This document shows positions 8,233 to 17,942 of a DNA stretch of 64,000 nucleotides, piece after piece. Source of the stretch: an uncultured Planctomycetia bacterium (lineage in GTDB: Bacteria; Omnitrophota; Gorgyraeia; Tantalellales; Tantalellaceae); assembly GCA_964572255.1 (NCBI GenBank), contig CAZNEE010000002.1:36103-100102 (forward strand). The letters run 5' to 3'. A model generated the notes under the pieces. The model saw only the letters and a list, made by a program, of their open reading frames with translations, did no database searches and was not told the origin of the DNA. A program made the translations under genes and the position numbers. The first letter of the stretch is position 1. Each line of letters opens with the position of its first letter.

Positions 8233-11200
8233 TTAGTCTTTTTCTTCCTTTTTCCTGTCGGAGCCTGAACGAAAAAGTTCAAAACGATTGAGGTATTTTT
8301 CCTGGATATCCTGCATATAGAGGAATATTCCCGGCGTGACAAAAAGCGTTATGACCTGAGCAAACGCAAGACCTCCGACTATTATAAGCCCGAGCGGCCT
8401 TCTGGATGCTCCGTCCGCGCCAAAACCTAACGCGATGGGTATGGCACCCATTATAGTGGAAAGTCCAGTCATGAGTATCGGCCGGAAACGAACCACACAA
8501 GCATTGTATATCGCATCAAAATTAGTGGTGTTGCCTTCAGAGAGGTTCTGCTCGGCGAAATCGACCATCATGATACCGTTTTTTGAAACTATCCCCAAAA
8601 GCATGAACATCCCGATATAGGCATACAATGAAAGTTCAGCCCTGAAAAACAATAATGTCAAAAGGCCTCCGAATGCGGCGACAGGCAAGGTTGTAAGCAC
8701 GGTAAAGGGATGGATGTAACTTTCATAAAGGATGCCGAGAATAACATACATGATAAAAACGGAAACAAGAAGAAGCATGCCGAGATTTCCCACAGCTTCC
8801 TCAAATTCCTGCGCTTCCCCCTGAAAAGTACCGCTTATTTCCGAAGGAAGAATGCCTTTGGCGGTTTGATCAAGCAGTTTGGTCGCTTTTCCGAGAGGAA
8901 CGCCTCCCTTGATATTAAAAGAGATCGTCGCCGAATTGAGCTGGTCATAATGCGGTACGCTTTGCGGCCCTACAGTCTCTTCCCATTCGGCAACAGCGCT
9001 TAAAGGAACAAGCTGATCATTAATCTGCGAACGCACATATATGCGTGAAAGGTTCTCCGGATCTTTACTGTATTTTTTATCAAGCTCGACTATAACATCA
9101 TACTGATCTACGTCAGTTTTGTATGTGGTGACCTTCCCGCCTGAGTAAGCGAGGCTTAAAGCGTATTCGATATCTCTTGCCGTAACCCCGAGAGTTGATG
9201 CTCGGTCACGCAGTATTGTCACTTCAAGCTGAGGCATATCCAGTTTGACGCTATTTTGGATATCAACAAAGTCAGGCATATCTTTCATCATATTCTCAAG
9301 TTGCAAAGCCGCGTTGTATAATTTTTCACGGTCACTTCCCGTTAACACATAGGAATACTGACTGCCGGCAGCCGTGCTTTCGCCGCCGGCGCTTAATGAA
9401 AGTGAAGGCATTGCCTGGAGGAACGCAAAGCCTAAAGGCAGTTTTGCCATTTCTCCGCGCAAAGCCTGGACTACTTTAGCTATCGGCCCTCTTTTATTGA
9501 CGGGCCTTAATGTGGCAAAAAAAGGTCCTGTGCTCTGGTCCGCTCCGGGCTGCAACCCTGTCACGGATATTACTTTTTCCACCGCAGGGTTGCTTAATAA
9601 TACGTTATTTACCTGATCCTGGAATTTCCGCATCTGTGTTGTAGATGTTCCCTGCGGCACCACCATTTGTCCCATGACCGCGCCCGAGTCTCCTTCGGGC
9701 ATGAAGGTTTTAGGAAGGACCGTAAACAGCCATAACGTGCCTAAAATACATACCGCCCACGCTATAACGGCAACATACCGGTGTTCCAAGAGCCACCTGA
9801 GCAGGACTTTATATTTATCGACCATACGCCCTACAAATTTATCAGTAAACTTCTCAAGCTTGGTTTTTACCGCTGAAACGCCTTTGAGCATGCGTCCGCA
9901 CATCATAGGCGTTAAAGTAAGAGCTATTATCGTTGAGCAAACTATCGCGAAAACAACCGTAAGAGCGAACTCGCTGAAATTGCGTCCGACTACGCCGCCC
10001 ATAAAAACTAACGGTACGAACACAGTTACAAGTGCGACGCTGGTCGAGATAACCGTTCCCGTGATCTCACCCATGCTCTTTATCGCCGCCTGGAGGGGTT
10101 TTTCCCCGGACTGTATATGACGTACTGTATTTTCAAGAACAACAATGGCGTCGTCAACAAGAAAGCCCACTGAAAGCGTAAGCCCCATCAGCGAAAGGTT
10201 ATCGAGACTGAAACCCGCCGCCCACATTGCAATAAAAGTTCCTATGATCGCTATAGGAAGAACTGTGCCCGGTATTACTGTATCGGTAATACGCCCAAGA
10301 AAAAGAAATATCACCATGACAACAAGAAAAAGCGCTATAAAGATGGTGTTCTTGACGTCCTTTACCGATTCGATTATAGATACCGCTTTATCATAAAAAA
10401 CTTCAAGCTGTACGGACCCGGGAAGTTCTCTTCGGAGTTTCTCCACAGTTGCGTTTATCTGCCCGCTGACAGCTACGGTATTTGCCCCGCCCTGACGATA
10501 TACAGCAATAACAACGGAACCTCCCCTCATCTTTCCGCCGCTATGGCCGTACATAACGTTGACGACATCGTTATCAAGACTATCGACACACCTTGCTATC
10601 TCACCAAGTTTAATAGGGGCTTTATTGCGATACGCGACGATCAGTTCCTCATAATCCTTTGCCTTTAATAGCTGCCCTTGCGGTTCGATAGAAAAAGTCC
10701 GGAAGTCCCCGTTTAAACTACCCGCAGGAATAGTTACGGTCCCGCTTTCCAGCACCCCGGCGATCTCATCAATGCCTATTTGAAATGCCGCAAGCTTGTC
10801 AGGATCGACCTGAATTCTTATGGCAGTTTTTGCTCCCCATACCTGGACCTGTGAAACTCCGCTTATAATGCTTATCTTTTGCCCTATTGTCCTGTTGCCG
10901 TAATCATACAGCTGTCCGGGCGTCATCGTATCCGAAGTTACCATAAGATAAATTATGGGAGAATCCGACGGGTTCACTTTGGAATATGTGGGCGGCTGAG
11001 GCAGATCACTCGGCAGATTGGACATCGCCCGGGAAATGGCAGCCTGGACATCAGGCGCCGCAAGATCGATATTTCTGTCAAGATCAAATGTCAAAATGAT
11101 CTTTGATACGCCCTCATTGTTCTCTGATATGACCGCCTGCAGACCGGGTATTTCCATGCATTCGTTTTCAAGAGGTGACGCTACGGTAGATGCCATAGTG

Positions 11201-11370
11201 GAAGGGCTTGCCCCGGGGTAAGAAACAGTAATGAGCATAACAGGATAATCCACTGAAGGCAGGTCACTTATAGGAAGCCTATGATAACACGCTATTCCGA
11301 ATATAAGAATAGCCGACATGATGAGCACTGTCATTATAGGTTTTCTTATGAACCTTTCAGAAAAACTCAT
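8233..11370 (-). CDS. RND multidrug efflux transporter, HAE1 (AcrB/AcrD) family.
   Basis: 1045 aa, 12 TM helices with two large periplasmic loops. The N-terminus FIRKPIMTVLIMSAILIFG is typical of AcrB. A 4-nt ATGA overlap with the upstream MFP gene. Confidence 0.9.
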   Translation of the reverse strand: MSFSERFIRKPIMTVLIMSAILIFGIACYHRLPISDLPSVDYPVMLITVSYPGASPSTMASTVASPLENECMEIPGLQAVISENNEGVSKIILTFDLDRNIDLAAPDVQAAISRAMSNLPSDLPQPPTYSKVNPSDSPIIYLMVTSDTMTPGQLYDYGNRTIGQKISIISGVSQVQVWGAKTAIRIQVDPDKLAAFQIGIDEIAGVLESGTVTIPAGSLNGDFRTFSIEPQGQLLKAKDYEELIVAYRNKAPIKLGEIARCVDSLDNDVVNVMYGHSGGKMRGGSVVIAVYRQGGANTVAVSGQINATVEKLRRELPGSVQLEVFYDKAVSIIESVKDVKNTIFIALFLVVMVIFLFLGRITDTVIPGTVLPIAIIGTFIAMWAAGFSLDNLSLMGLTLSVGFLVDDAIVVLENTVRHIQSGEKPLQAAIKSMGEITGTVISTSVALVTVFVPLVFMGGVVGRNFSEFALTVVFAIVCSTIIALTLTPMMCGRMLKGVSAVKTKLEKFTDKFVGRMVDKYKVLLRWLLEHRYVAVIAWAVCILGTLWLFTVLPKTFMPEGDSGAVMGQMVVPQGTSTTQMRKFQDQVNNVLLSNPAVEKVISVTGLQPGADQSTGPFFATLRPVNKRGPIAKVVQALRGEMAKLPLGFAFLQAMPSLSLSAGGESTAAGSQYSYVLTGSDREKLYNAALQLENMMKDMPDFVDIQNSVKLDMPQLEVTILRDRASTLGVTARDIEYALSLAYSGGKVTTYKTDVDQYDVIVELDKKYSKDPENLSRIYVRSQINDQLVPLSAVAEWEETVGPQSVPHYDQLNSATISFNIKGGVPLGKATKLLDQTAKGILPSEISGTFQGEAQEFEEAVGNLGMLLLVSVFIMYVILGILYESYIHPFTVLTTLPVAAFGGLLTLLFFRAELSLYAYIGMFMLLGIVSKNGIMMVDFAEQNLSEGNTTNFDAIYNACVVRFRPILMTGLSTIMGAIPIALGFGADGASRRPLGLIIVGGLAFAQVITLFVTPGIFLYMQDIQEKYLNRFELFRSGSDRKKEEKD

Positions 11371-12557
11371 CTACTCTTACGCTTTCCTTTCTTCTCTTGC
11401 TCTTTTTGCTGGGTTACATCTACTGTCGGCACGCCCGGGCTTAATCCCATCTGACCGACCGTCACGACCGTTTCGCCTTTTTTGACGCCTTTTTCAATTG
11501 CAATATTATCGCCGTCACGCATCCCGGTCTCGACTATTCTAAGGTCGGCAGTCTTCTTTGGGGTTACTACATAAAGATATTCACCCTGCTGGCCAAGCTG
11601 AACCGCTTCGTAAGGAACTACTACAGCCCCCTGCTCTGTCCTTAATACAAGCCTCACCTGGACAAATTGACCCGGCCACAGATCATGATTTTCATTAGGC
11701 ACTGTTGCCCTTAAAGAGACCGTACCGGTAGTATCATCTACCGTATTATCAAGAAAACTAAGTTCACCCACATAAGGCCCGTTCTTGTCTCCGTCTACCC
11801 TTATCTCAACTTTTAACTTTTCATCCGTCATGGAATCCCTCAATTCCGGAAGTTTTCTTTCAGGGATCGTAAAATCCACATATAAGGGGTCTATCGTCTT
11901 GATATTGACAAGCGCTGGGCCTGAGTTCGCGGTCACTATATTTCCCGCATCTACCTGGCGTTTGCCGGTTATGCCGTCTATGGGGGATTTTATGTAACAG
12001 TACTCAAGATTCAGCTGTGCGGTTTTAAGGTTAGCTTTATCCGCTTCGACCTGGGCCTGAGCGGCAGCCACATCGGTCTGGTATGTATTGAACTGCTGTT
12101 CCGAGACAAGCTGTTTTTCAAAAAGCGGTTTGTTCCTTTCCAAAATATCTTTTTTAAGCCCAAGATCCGCAAGATCACCGGCTAAAGCTGCCTGAGCCTT
12201 GGCCTCGGCTGCTTTGTACTGTTCCGGGTCGATAATAAAGAGAAGATCGCCCTTTTTAACGGTATCGCCTTCGCTGAAATGAACTTCCTTTATCTCACCT
12301 GTAACCTGACTTTTTATGTCTACGTTGTAAAGCGCGGCCAGATCACCGAATGAATCCATGTAAATGGGGACATCTTTACTTGTTGCGACTCGTGTCTGCA
12401 CGGGCCGCGGCGGAATAGCCTGCCCCCGTCGGCTTGCAATACAACCTCGCAGGTGCGACAGCGCCATAATAACCGCAAAAATAATGACAATGCGCCAGAC
12501 GAGTTTTTTGTTTGCGAGAAATTCCTTTATTTTATCCTGAATGTTCTTCTTATCCAT
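11367..12557 (-). CDS. RND efflux periplasmic adaptor (membrane fusion protein, AcrA/HlyD family).
   Basis: N-terminal TM/lipobox region, coiled-coil hairpin (AAAQAQVEADKANLKTAQLNLEY), and lipoyl/beta-barrel domains. Confidence 0.85.
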   Translation of the reverse strand: MDKKNIQDKIKEFLANKKLVWRIVIIFAVIMALSHLRGCIASRRGQAIPPRPVQTRVATSKDVPIYMDSFGDLAALYNVDIKSQVTGEIKEVHFSEGDTVKKGDLLFIIDPEQYKAAEAKAQAALAGDLADLGLKKDILERNKPLFEKQLVSEQQFNTYQTDVAAAQAQVEADKANLKTAQLNLEYCYIKSPIDGITGKRQVDAGNIVTANSGPALVNIKTIDPLYVDFTIPERKLPELRDSMTDEKLKVEIRVDGDKNGPYVGELSFLDNTVDDTTGTVSLRATVPNENHDLWPGQFVQVRLVLRTEQGAVVVPYEAVQLGQQGEYLYVVTPKKTADLRIVETGMRDGDNIAIEKGVKKGETVVTVGQMGLSPGVPTVDVTQQKEQEKKGKRKSR

Positions 12558-12560
12558 CTT

Positions 12561-14030
12561 TTATTCCTTCTCTTTTAAATATTCACCGGATCCCTGGATC
12601 CCAAGTGATCCCGTGGCATGCGCTATTCCCGACAAAGCAACTAATAGATCTTTTTTTGATTGCACGAGTTTGCTCCGGGCATCCGCAAGATCGCTCTGTG
12701 CCTGGAGTACGTCCAGTATATTTTTTACGCCGGATTTATAACCTTCAAGCGCCAGATTATACGATTCTTCCGAACTTCTGAAAAAAGCCTTACTGAAATC
12801 AAATTTAGAAACAGAAGTTTTGAACGCATAATATTTCGTCCACACATCCCCGCTTGCGGCCAACTCGTTCTGTATCAGCTGTTCCCGTTCCGCTTTAGCC
12901 GTACTCTGGGCTTCTTTCAGTTCGGCATAATTTTTAAACCCATCGAAAACATCCCAGGAAACCTTTAAAAAACCGGTATACTCATAATAGTTTTTATACG
13001 CTTTGCTGTCGCCAAAATATTCCGTCCATCTTTTTGCGGCCGTACTGCCTACAGACAATGACGGCAATAGATCCGAAAAAGCGCCTTTTACGGCATCCTG
13101 CTTGGCAAGCAAAGTCGCACGGGAAGCCGCTATATCCGGGCGTCTGCTTATAGCTTCCTCTATGAGTTTTGAGACATCCTGTTTTGTCAGTTCAGTCGGT
13201 ATTTTCCACTTGGGCTCGCTGATATCAAAATCAGTATCCGCGGATACTCCCAGGACTTCAGCGAGATCCGCTTTGGCGCCTGCCAAATTTGCCTTGGCCT
13301 CTTCCAATTCAAAAAGCGACTCGTCATAACTGGCCTTTGACTGAAGCATGTCAAGTCTGGTGCCGACGCCGACATCAAATCTTTGCTTTGCGGCGTCATA
13401 TGACGCTTTGGCATCTTCGGTATTGGCGACAGCGGCATCCAGTGAGGATTTAGCGCTGTATAACGCATAATAAGATGTTTCCACATTAAGTATGAGATCC
13501 TGCATGGATTGATTAAATTCAAAGTTTGCCGCAAGGACTGAATGGTGAGCTTCTGTCAGGGAAGCCGCTCTTCCCCCGAAATCAAACGCAAGAATACTGG
13601 CGCTTAACGCTCCCCCGTAACTTCTCGTATTGAACTCATCCGACTTCTGGTCAGCGACTTTTCTGTCTTTAGTAAGATCTCCCGCAAACGTGACCAAAGG
13701 ATACCAAGCGCTCCTGGCCTGCGCTCTTACAGCTTCTTCGGCCTTGGCGTTATGCCACGCCTTGCTTGTAGAAGGATTGTTTTTTAAGGCTATATTTATA
13801 AGTTCGATAAGCGTAAGCTTGTCCGAAAGTTCCGTTTTTTCTTCTCTTTTGCGGATAGAACCCCACACATTATCCGTTCTTTTTAAGGATCTCTCCCATT
13901 TGGGCGGCATCCACATTTCATCCGGTCTTGAAGGCGCTTTAAGCGAGTGGCAACCGGCAAGAAATACGGCCAGGACAATAAAAAAGAACAAACCCGATCT
14001 ATTCATTTTAGCTTTATGCATGTTTTTCAC
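12561..14030 (-). CDS. Outer-membrane efflux protein (TolC/OprM family).
   Basis: 489 aa with a signal peptide plus lipobox-like LAGC. Duplicated OEP coiled-coil repeats. First gene of the TolC-MFP-RND operon. Confidence 0.85.
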   Translation of the reverse strand: MKNMHKAKMNRSGLFFFIVLAVFLAGCHSLKAPSRPDEMWMPPKWERSLKRTDNVWGSIRKREEKTELSDKLTLIELINIALKNNPSTSKAWHNAKAEEAVRAQARSAWYPLVTFAGDLTKDRKVADQKSDEFNTRSYGGALSASILAFDFGGRAASLTEAHHSVLAANFEFNQSMQDLILNVETSYYALYSAKSSLDAAVANTEDAKASYDAAKQRFDVGVGTRLDMLQSKASYDESLFELEEAKANLAGAKADLAEVLGVSADTDFDISEPKWKIPTELTKQDVSKLIEEAISRRPDIAASRATLLAKQDAVKGAFSDLLPSLSVGSTAAKRWTEYFGDSKAYKNYYEYTGFLKVSWDVFDGFKNYAELKEAQSTAKAEREQLIQNELAASGDVWTKYYAFKTSVSKFDFSKAFFRSSEESYNLALEGYKSGVKNILDVLQAQSDLADARSKLVQSKKDLLVALSGIAHATGSLGIQGSGEYLKEKE

Positions 14031-14296
14031 TCTTCCAGAGCCTTTATCTCTCTTTTTCTTTGTATGTATTCGGTCCTGGTCAGAGATCCTTCCTGATACT
14101 CTCTCTCAAGATCCCGCATCATTCTTTTAAATCTTACGGTATGCTCTTTCCGCGGTTCCAATTGGCAAATATCTGCTCCATCATAGTCCCTATCGCGCGA
14201 ACATTCTTGTGCATATAAAAATGAACTTCCCGCTGCAAACAACAAACACATTATTAATAATATACATTCCCTCATAATATTATCCTTCCGCCGCAT
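14027..14296 (-). CDS. Small secreted protein with a SHOCT-like C-terminus.
   Basis: Signal peptide MRRKDNIMRECILLIMCLLFAAGSSFLYA. The C-terminus GSLTRTEYIQRKREIKAL resembles the SHOCT motif. The stop overlaps the TolC start by 4 nt. The start was chosen at the GGAGA-supported Met. Confidence 0.35.
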   Translation of the reverse strand: MRRKDNIMRECILLIMCLLFAAGSSFLYAQECSRDRDYDGADICQLEPRKEHTVRFKRMMRDLEREYQEGSLTRTEYIQRKREIKALEE

Positions 14297-14909
14297 CTTT
14301 TCGTCTCCACACAAGCAAAATAACAGGAACTAAAAAATATAACATTACCCCGAGCTTTGGAAGAATTAAAGAAACAAAGATCGCACACAGTGAAACTGCC
14401 GGTATAAGCAGGTTTCTTTTTTTGTAAAATTCAATTACATCCTGTTTCAGATCGGCATTCACAAAACGGCGCTTGTGCGTGGAGTATGCCCAATGCGCAA
14501 AAAATATCAGGCCCGCAATAAGCAGATTAAATTCAAATAACAATGCAGCGGTGCGTGTGTTACTGTAATCGCCTAATATTACCGTGGAAAAAGGTATAAG
14601 CCCTATGAACATGAGAGCCGCAATGTTAATAAAAAGCATTGCTTTATCGACAGATCTTATAAAATGGAACTGACGGTGATGCTGGTACCAAAACACCCCC
14701 AGAATAATGAAACTTTCCACGTAATGCACAAAATCCGGCCAAAGTTTCATGAGGGATCTTATCAGATATCTTTCGTTACCCGTCGTCGGCTGGTTAAATA
14801 TAGGTTCGAAACTTAAGACAAGGATGGTCATCGCGATCGCAAATATGCCGTCGCTAAGCGCTTCGATCCGGCTGGTCTTTAATTCCATTTTAACGTTTTC
14901 CTGGTTCAT
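14280..14909 (-). CDS. TMEM175/DUF1211-family putative K+ channel.
   Basis: Hallmark RIEALSDGIFAIAMTILVL motif (RxxxFSDGxxAxAxTLLxL) in TM1. About 6 TM helices, 209 aa. Confidence 0.7.
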   Translation of the reverse strand: MNQENVKMELKTSRIEALSDGIFAIAMTILVLSFEPIFNQPTTGNERYLIRSLMKLWPDFVHYVESFIILGVFWYQHHRQFHFIRSVDKAMLFINIAALMFIGLIPFSTVILGDYSNTRTAALLFEFNLLIAGLIFFAHWAYSTHKRRFVNADLKQDVIEFYKKRNLLIPAVSLCAIFVSLILPKLGVMLYFLVPVILLVWRRKDAAEG

Positions 14910-14924
14910 AAATGCTCCCTTGAT

Positions 14925-16007
14925 CTAAAACCACTTTTTCCTTTTGAAAAAGATCGCCATCGCCGCCGCAACAAGCACCATCAGCCCCAGAGCGAACGGA
15001 TATCCAAAATACCAGTTAAGCTCGGGCATGTTAAAGGGTGATCTCTGAGGATTAAAATTCATCCCGTAAATACCGGCAACAAAAGTAAGGGGTATGAATA
15101 TAGCAGCGAATATCGTAAGCACTTTCATCACTTCATTCATGCGGTTACTGACGCTTGAAAGATAAATATCCAGCATGCCGGAAACCATCTCCCTGAATGT
15201 CTCGACATTATCTATGACCTGTATCGTGTGGTCATATAGATCCCTAAGATAAATAGAGGTATTTTCACTTATCAGTGTTATTTCTCTCCTGTCCAGAATG
15301 TTTATAACCTCCCTCAATGGCCACACGGCTTTTCGCAAAAAGATCATGTCCCCTTTTAATCCATGTATCGTCTGAAGCGTATTGGGAGTCGGATTCTTAA
15401 CAAGATCCTCCTCCATGCTTTCTATCTTTTCACCGATCCTCTCCAGTATCAAAAAATAGTTGTCAATTATAGCGTCAAGAAGTGAATATGCCAGGTAGTC
15501 CGCGCCCATTTTTCTTACGCGGCCTTTTGCATTTCTTATCCTTTCCCTTATTGCATCAAAAACATCCCCTTCCTTTTCCTGGAAAGATATTACATAATTC
15601 GGACCGAGAATAATGCTCACCTGCTCCGCGATTATCTTGTCGCCGTCACCGTCAGCATAAAGCATTTTTAATACAATAAATACACACTTCTCGAAATCTT
15701 CTATCTTCGGACGCTGGCCGGTATTAACAACGTCTTCCAGGATAAGGGGATGAAAATCAAAATGTTTGCCGAGTTTCTCCATCAGTTCTATGTCATGAAG
15801 GCCGTCTATATTGATCCATGTAACTGTTGAAGTATCCTTAAAGGGAAAACATTCCTCGATCCTTTCGACTTTCTTCTCTTGGAACCCGTCTTCATTATAA
15901 TCAAAAATGGTGATAGTAACCTTTTCAGTTTTTTTCTCTCCAATATAGATCAGTGTCCCCGGCGCGAGACCGGCTGTTTTTGATATTTTTTTTATGAGTC
16001 TTGGCAT
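14925..16007 (-). CDS. corA: Mg2+/Co2+ transporter CorA.
   Basis: C-terminal two TM helices with the YGMNF (GMN) signature. Cytoplasmic alpha/beta domain. Confidence 0.9.
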   Translation of the reverse strand: MPRLIKKISKTAGLAPGTLIYIGEKKTEKVTITIFDYNEDGFQEKKVERIEECFPFKDTSTVTWINIDGLHDIELMEKLGKHFDFHPLILEDVVNTGQRPKIEDFEKCVFIVLKMLYADGDGDKIIAEQVSIILGPNYVISFQEKEGDVFDAIRERIRNAKGRVRKMGADYLAYSLLDAIIDNYFLILERIGEKIESMEEDLVKNPTPNTLQTIHGLKGDMIFLRKAVWPLREVINILDRREITLISENTSIYLRDLYDHTIQVIDNVETFREMVSGMLDIYLSSVSNRMNEVMKVLTIFAAIFIPLTFVAGIYGMNFNPQRSPFNMPELNWYFGYPFALGLMVLVAAAMAIFFKRKKWF

Positions 16008-16036
16008 GATTTCCTCCTATCACGCTTTGTATATTT

Positions 16037-17842
16037 CTAAAACTTCCAAAAAATAGGGATCAGCACGGTAGACGCAATGAAGAACAAGATATTCAGCGGT
16101 ATCCCTACCTTTAGATAGTCGCGGAATTTATATCCTCCCGCGCCCTGAACTATAAGATTTGTTTGATATCCTATCGGGGTAGCAAAACTTGCGGACGCGG
16201 CGATCGCTATCGCAATGAAAAATGGTTTAGGGCTTACCCCCATCTGTGCGGCTGCCGAGAAGGCTATCGGAAATATTAATGCCGCGGCGGCATTGTTTGT
16301 GATTATTTCGGTAAAGACCGTTGTGAGAAGATAAATGCCTGCTAAAACGCCTATCGGTCCGAAATCTTTTACGATATCTATTATAAAACCTGCTATCGCG
16401 CTTGCGGCTCCGCTTTTCTGAAGGGCCTTACTTACCCCGAAAGCACAGGCGATCGTGATTATAACGTCCCACCTTATTGAATCGCGCGCTTCGGAATAAC
16501 TCACGCATCTTGTTGCCACAAGCAAAATAGCGGCAGCAAAAGCCGCGTGCAGCATGCCGATCTGCGAGCCCGCCAATTTGGGCATGTACCTGCCTACAGT
16601 TGCCGCTATGACCATCAAAGCGACTATCCCCATTGCGATAAAAGCCTTATCGTATCGCTTCGGTTTAACCGCTTTAACGTTGGATATAAGGTAAAAATCC
16701 TGAGAATTTCTCCATTTTCTCAGGAAATCAGATCTTGTCAATAAAAGCAAAGTGTCCCCTGCCCTGAGCTTGATACTTCCGACCTTGGATTTAACTCTTT
16801 CCCCGTTTCGATGAACGGCAATTACCCCGGCACCGTATTTTTCCCTAAAACGGCATTCTTTCACCGTCTGTCCTATAACAGGCGAACTCGAAGAAATAAC
16901 AGCTTCCAACAGATTCCTTCGCATGAACCCTATATCTTTTTCGACTCTTTCCTGTTCAACCGGGACCAGGCCCTTGATCTCATAGAGATCCACAACAGCG
17001 GATGTTACCCCGACAAATACCAGGATATCCTCTTCCGATATTTTTTCTTCACCGGAAACGGGGCCCAGCGGTTTTCCGTTCCTTTCGATCTCGATAAGAA
17101 AAAGCCCCCTTAAATTACGCAAGCCTGCATCTTTAATGGTTTTTCCTATTAGTTCGCATCCACCCTTCGCTTTCATCTCGATAATATATTCTTTGCTGTT
17201 CTCTTCGATAACCTCAACCATATCTTTTCTGTCAGGAAGAAGCCTTTTACCGATCAGCGCTAAATAAAGCCAGCCGATCACTGCGCAAGGAAGCCCTACC
17301 TGCGCCAGTTCGAACATTGAAATTCCCTGCATTTTATTGTCGAGCATTAAGCCGTGCACTACAAGGTTTGTCGATGTTCCTATAAGAGTACAGACGCCGC
17401 CGAAGATAGTGGCGTAAGATAATGGGATCAAGAACTTTGAAGGCGAAAAATTGAGCCTGGCTGCCCATCTTTTGACCATGGGGGTGAACATTATCACAAT
17501 GGGCGTGTTATTTAAAAATGCCGAAAGTGCACTTACCGGCACCATCATTCTCAGCAGCATCTTGGATAAACTTCCCTTTCGCCTGCGGTTGAGAAAAAGG
17601 TTCCCTATTCCTTCGAGAGCCCCGGTATTTTGCACGGCATAACTTACTATGAAAAGGATCGCAACTGTAAGCATCCCTTTATTGGAAAAACCGGAAAGTG
17701 CTTCAGTCGGCGTAATAATACCCGTGAGCATGAATGATGACAGTGCCAGAAAAAGAATAAAATCCGCGCTTGCGACCTCCAAAGCCAACCCGACTACCAT
17801 CCCTAGAATAACAAGAATTGCAAAATAGCCCGATAACTCCAT
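16037..17842 (-). CDS. SLC13/DASS-family permease with two internal TrkA-C (RCK_C) domains.
   Basis: 601 aa. Membrane halves are separated by two RCK_C-like segments (IERNGKPLGPVSGEEKISEEDILVFVG, VHRNGERVKSKVGSIKLRAGDTLLL). Confidence 0.8.
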   Translation of the reverse strand: MELSGYFAILVILGMVVGLALEVASADFILFLALSSFMLTGIITPTEALSGFSNKGMLTVAILFIVSYAVQNTGALEGIGNLFLNRRRKGSLSKMLLRMMVPVSALSAFLNNTPIVIMFTPMVKRWAARLNFSPSKFLIPLSYATIFGGVCTLIGTSTNLVVHGLMLDNKMQGISMFELAQVGLPCAVIGWLYLALIGKRLLPDRKDMVEVIEENSKEYIIEMKAKGGCELIGKTIKDAGLRNLRGLFLIEIERNGKPLGPVSGEEKISEEDILVFVGVTSAVVDLYEIKGLVPVEQERVEKDIGFMRRNLLEAVISSSSPVIGQTVKECRFREKYGAGVIAVHRNGERVKSKVGSIKLRAGDTLLLLTRSDFLRKWRNSQDFYLISNVKAVKPKRYDKAFIAMGIVALMVIAATVGRYMPKLAGSQIGMLHAAFAAAILLVATRCVSYSEARDSIRWDVIITIACAFGVSKALQKSGAASAIAGFIIDIVKDFGPIGVLAGIYLLTTVFTEIITNNAAAALIFPIAFSAAAQMGVSPKPFFIAIAIAASASFATPIGYQTNLIVQGAGGYKFRDYLKVGIPLNILFFIASTVLIPIFWKF

Positions 17843-17942
17843 ACCCCCCCCCTTACATGCAACACATGAAAATAGGAAATAAAATTACAATATAATATTA
17901 TTTAATTATACATTCTCCACGATTAATATCAACAAAATCTTC

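Noticed and set aside
8127-8500. Small minus-strand ORFs (8127..8342, 8279..8500) at the RND gene 3' end
   Set aside because: They are out-of-frame overlaps with the RND transporter and the PtsN/CBS gene, with no independent support.
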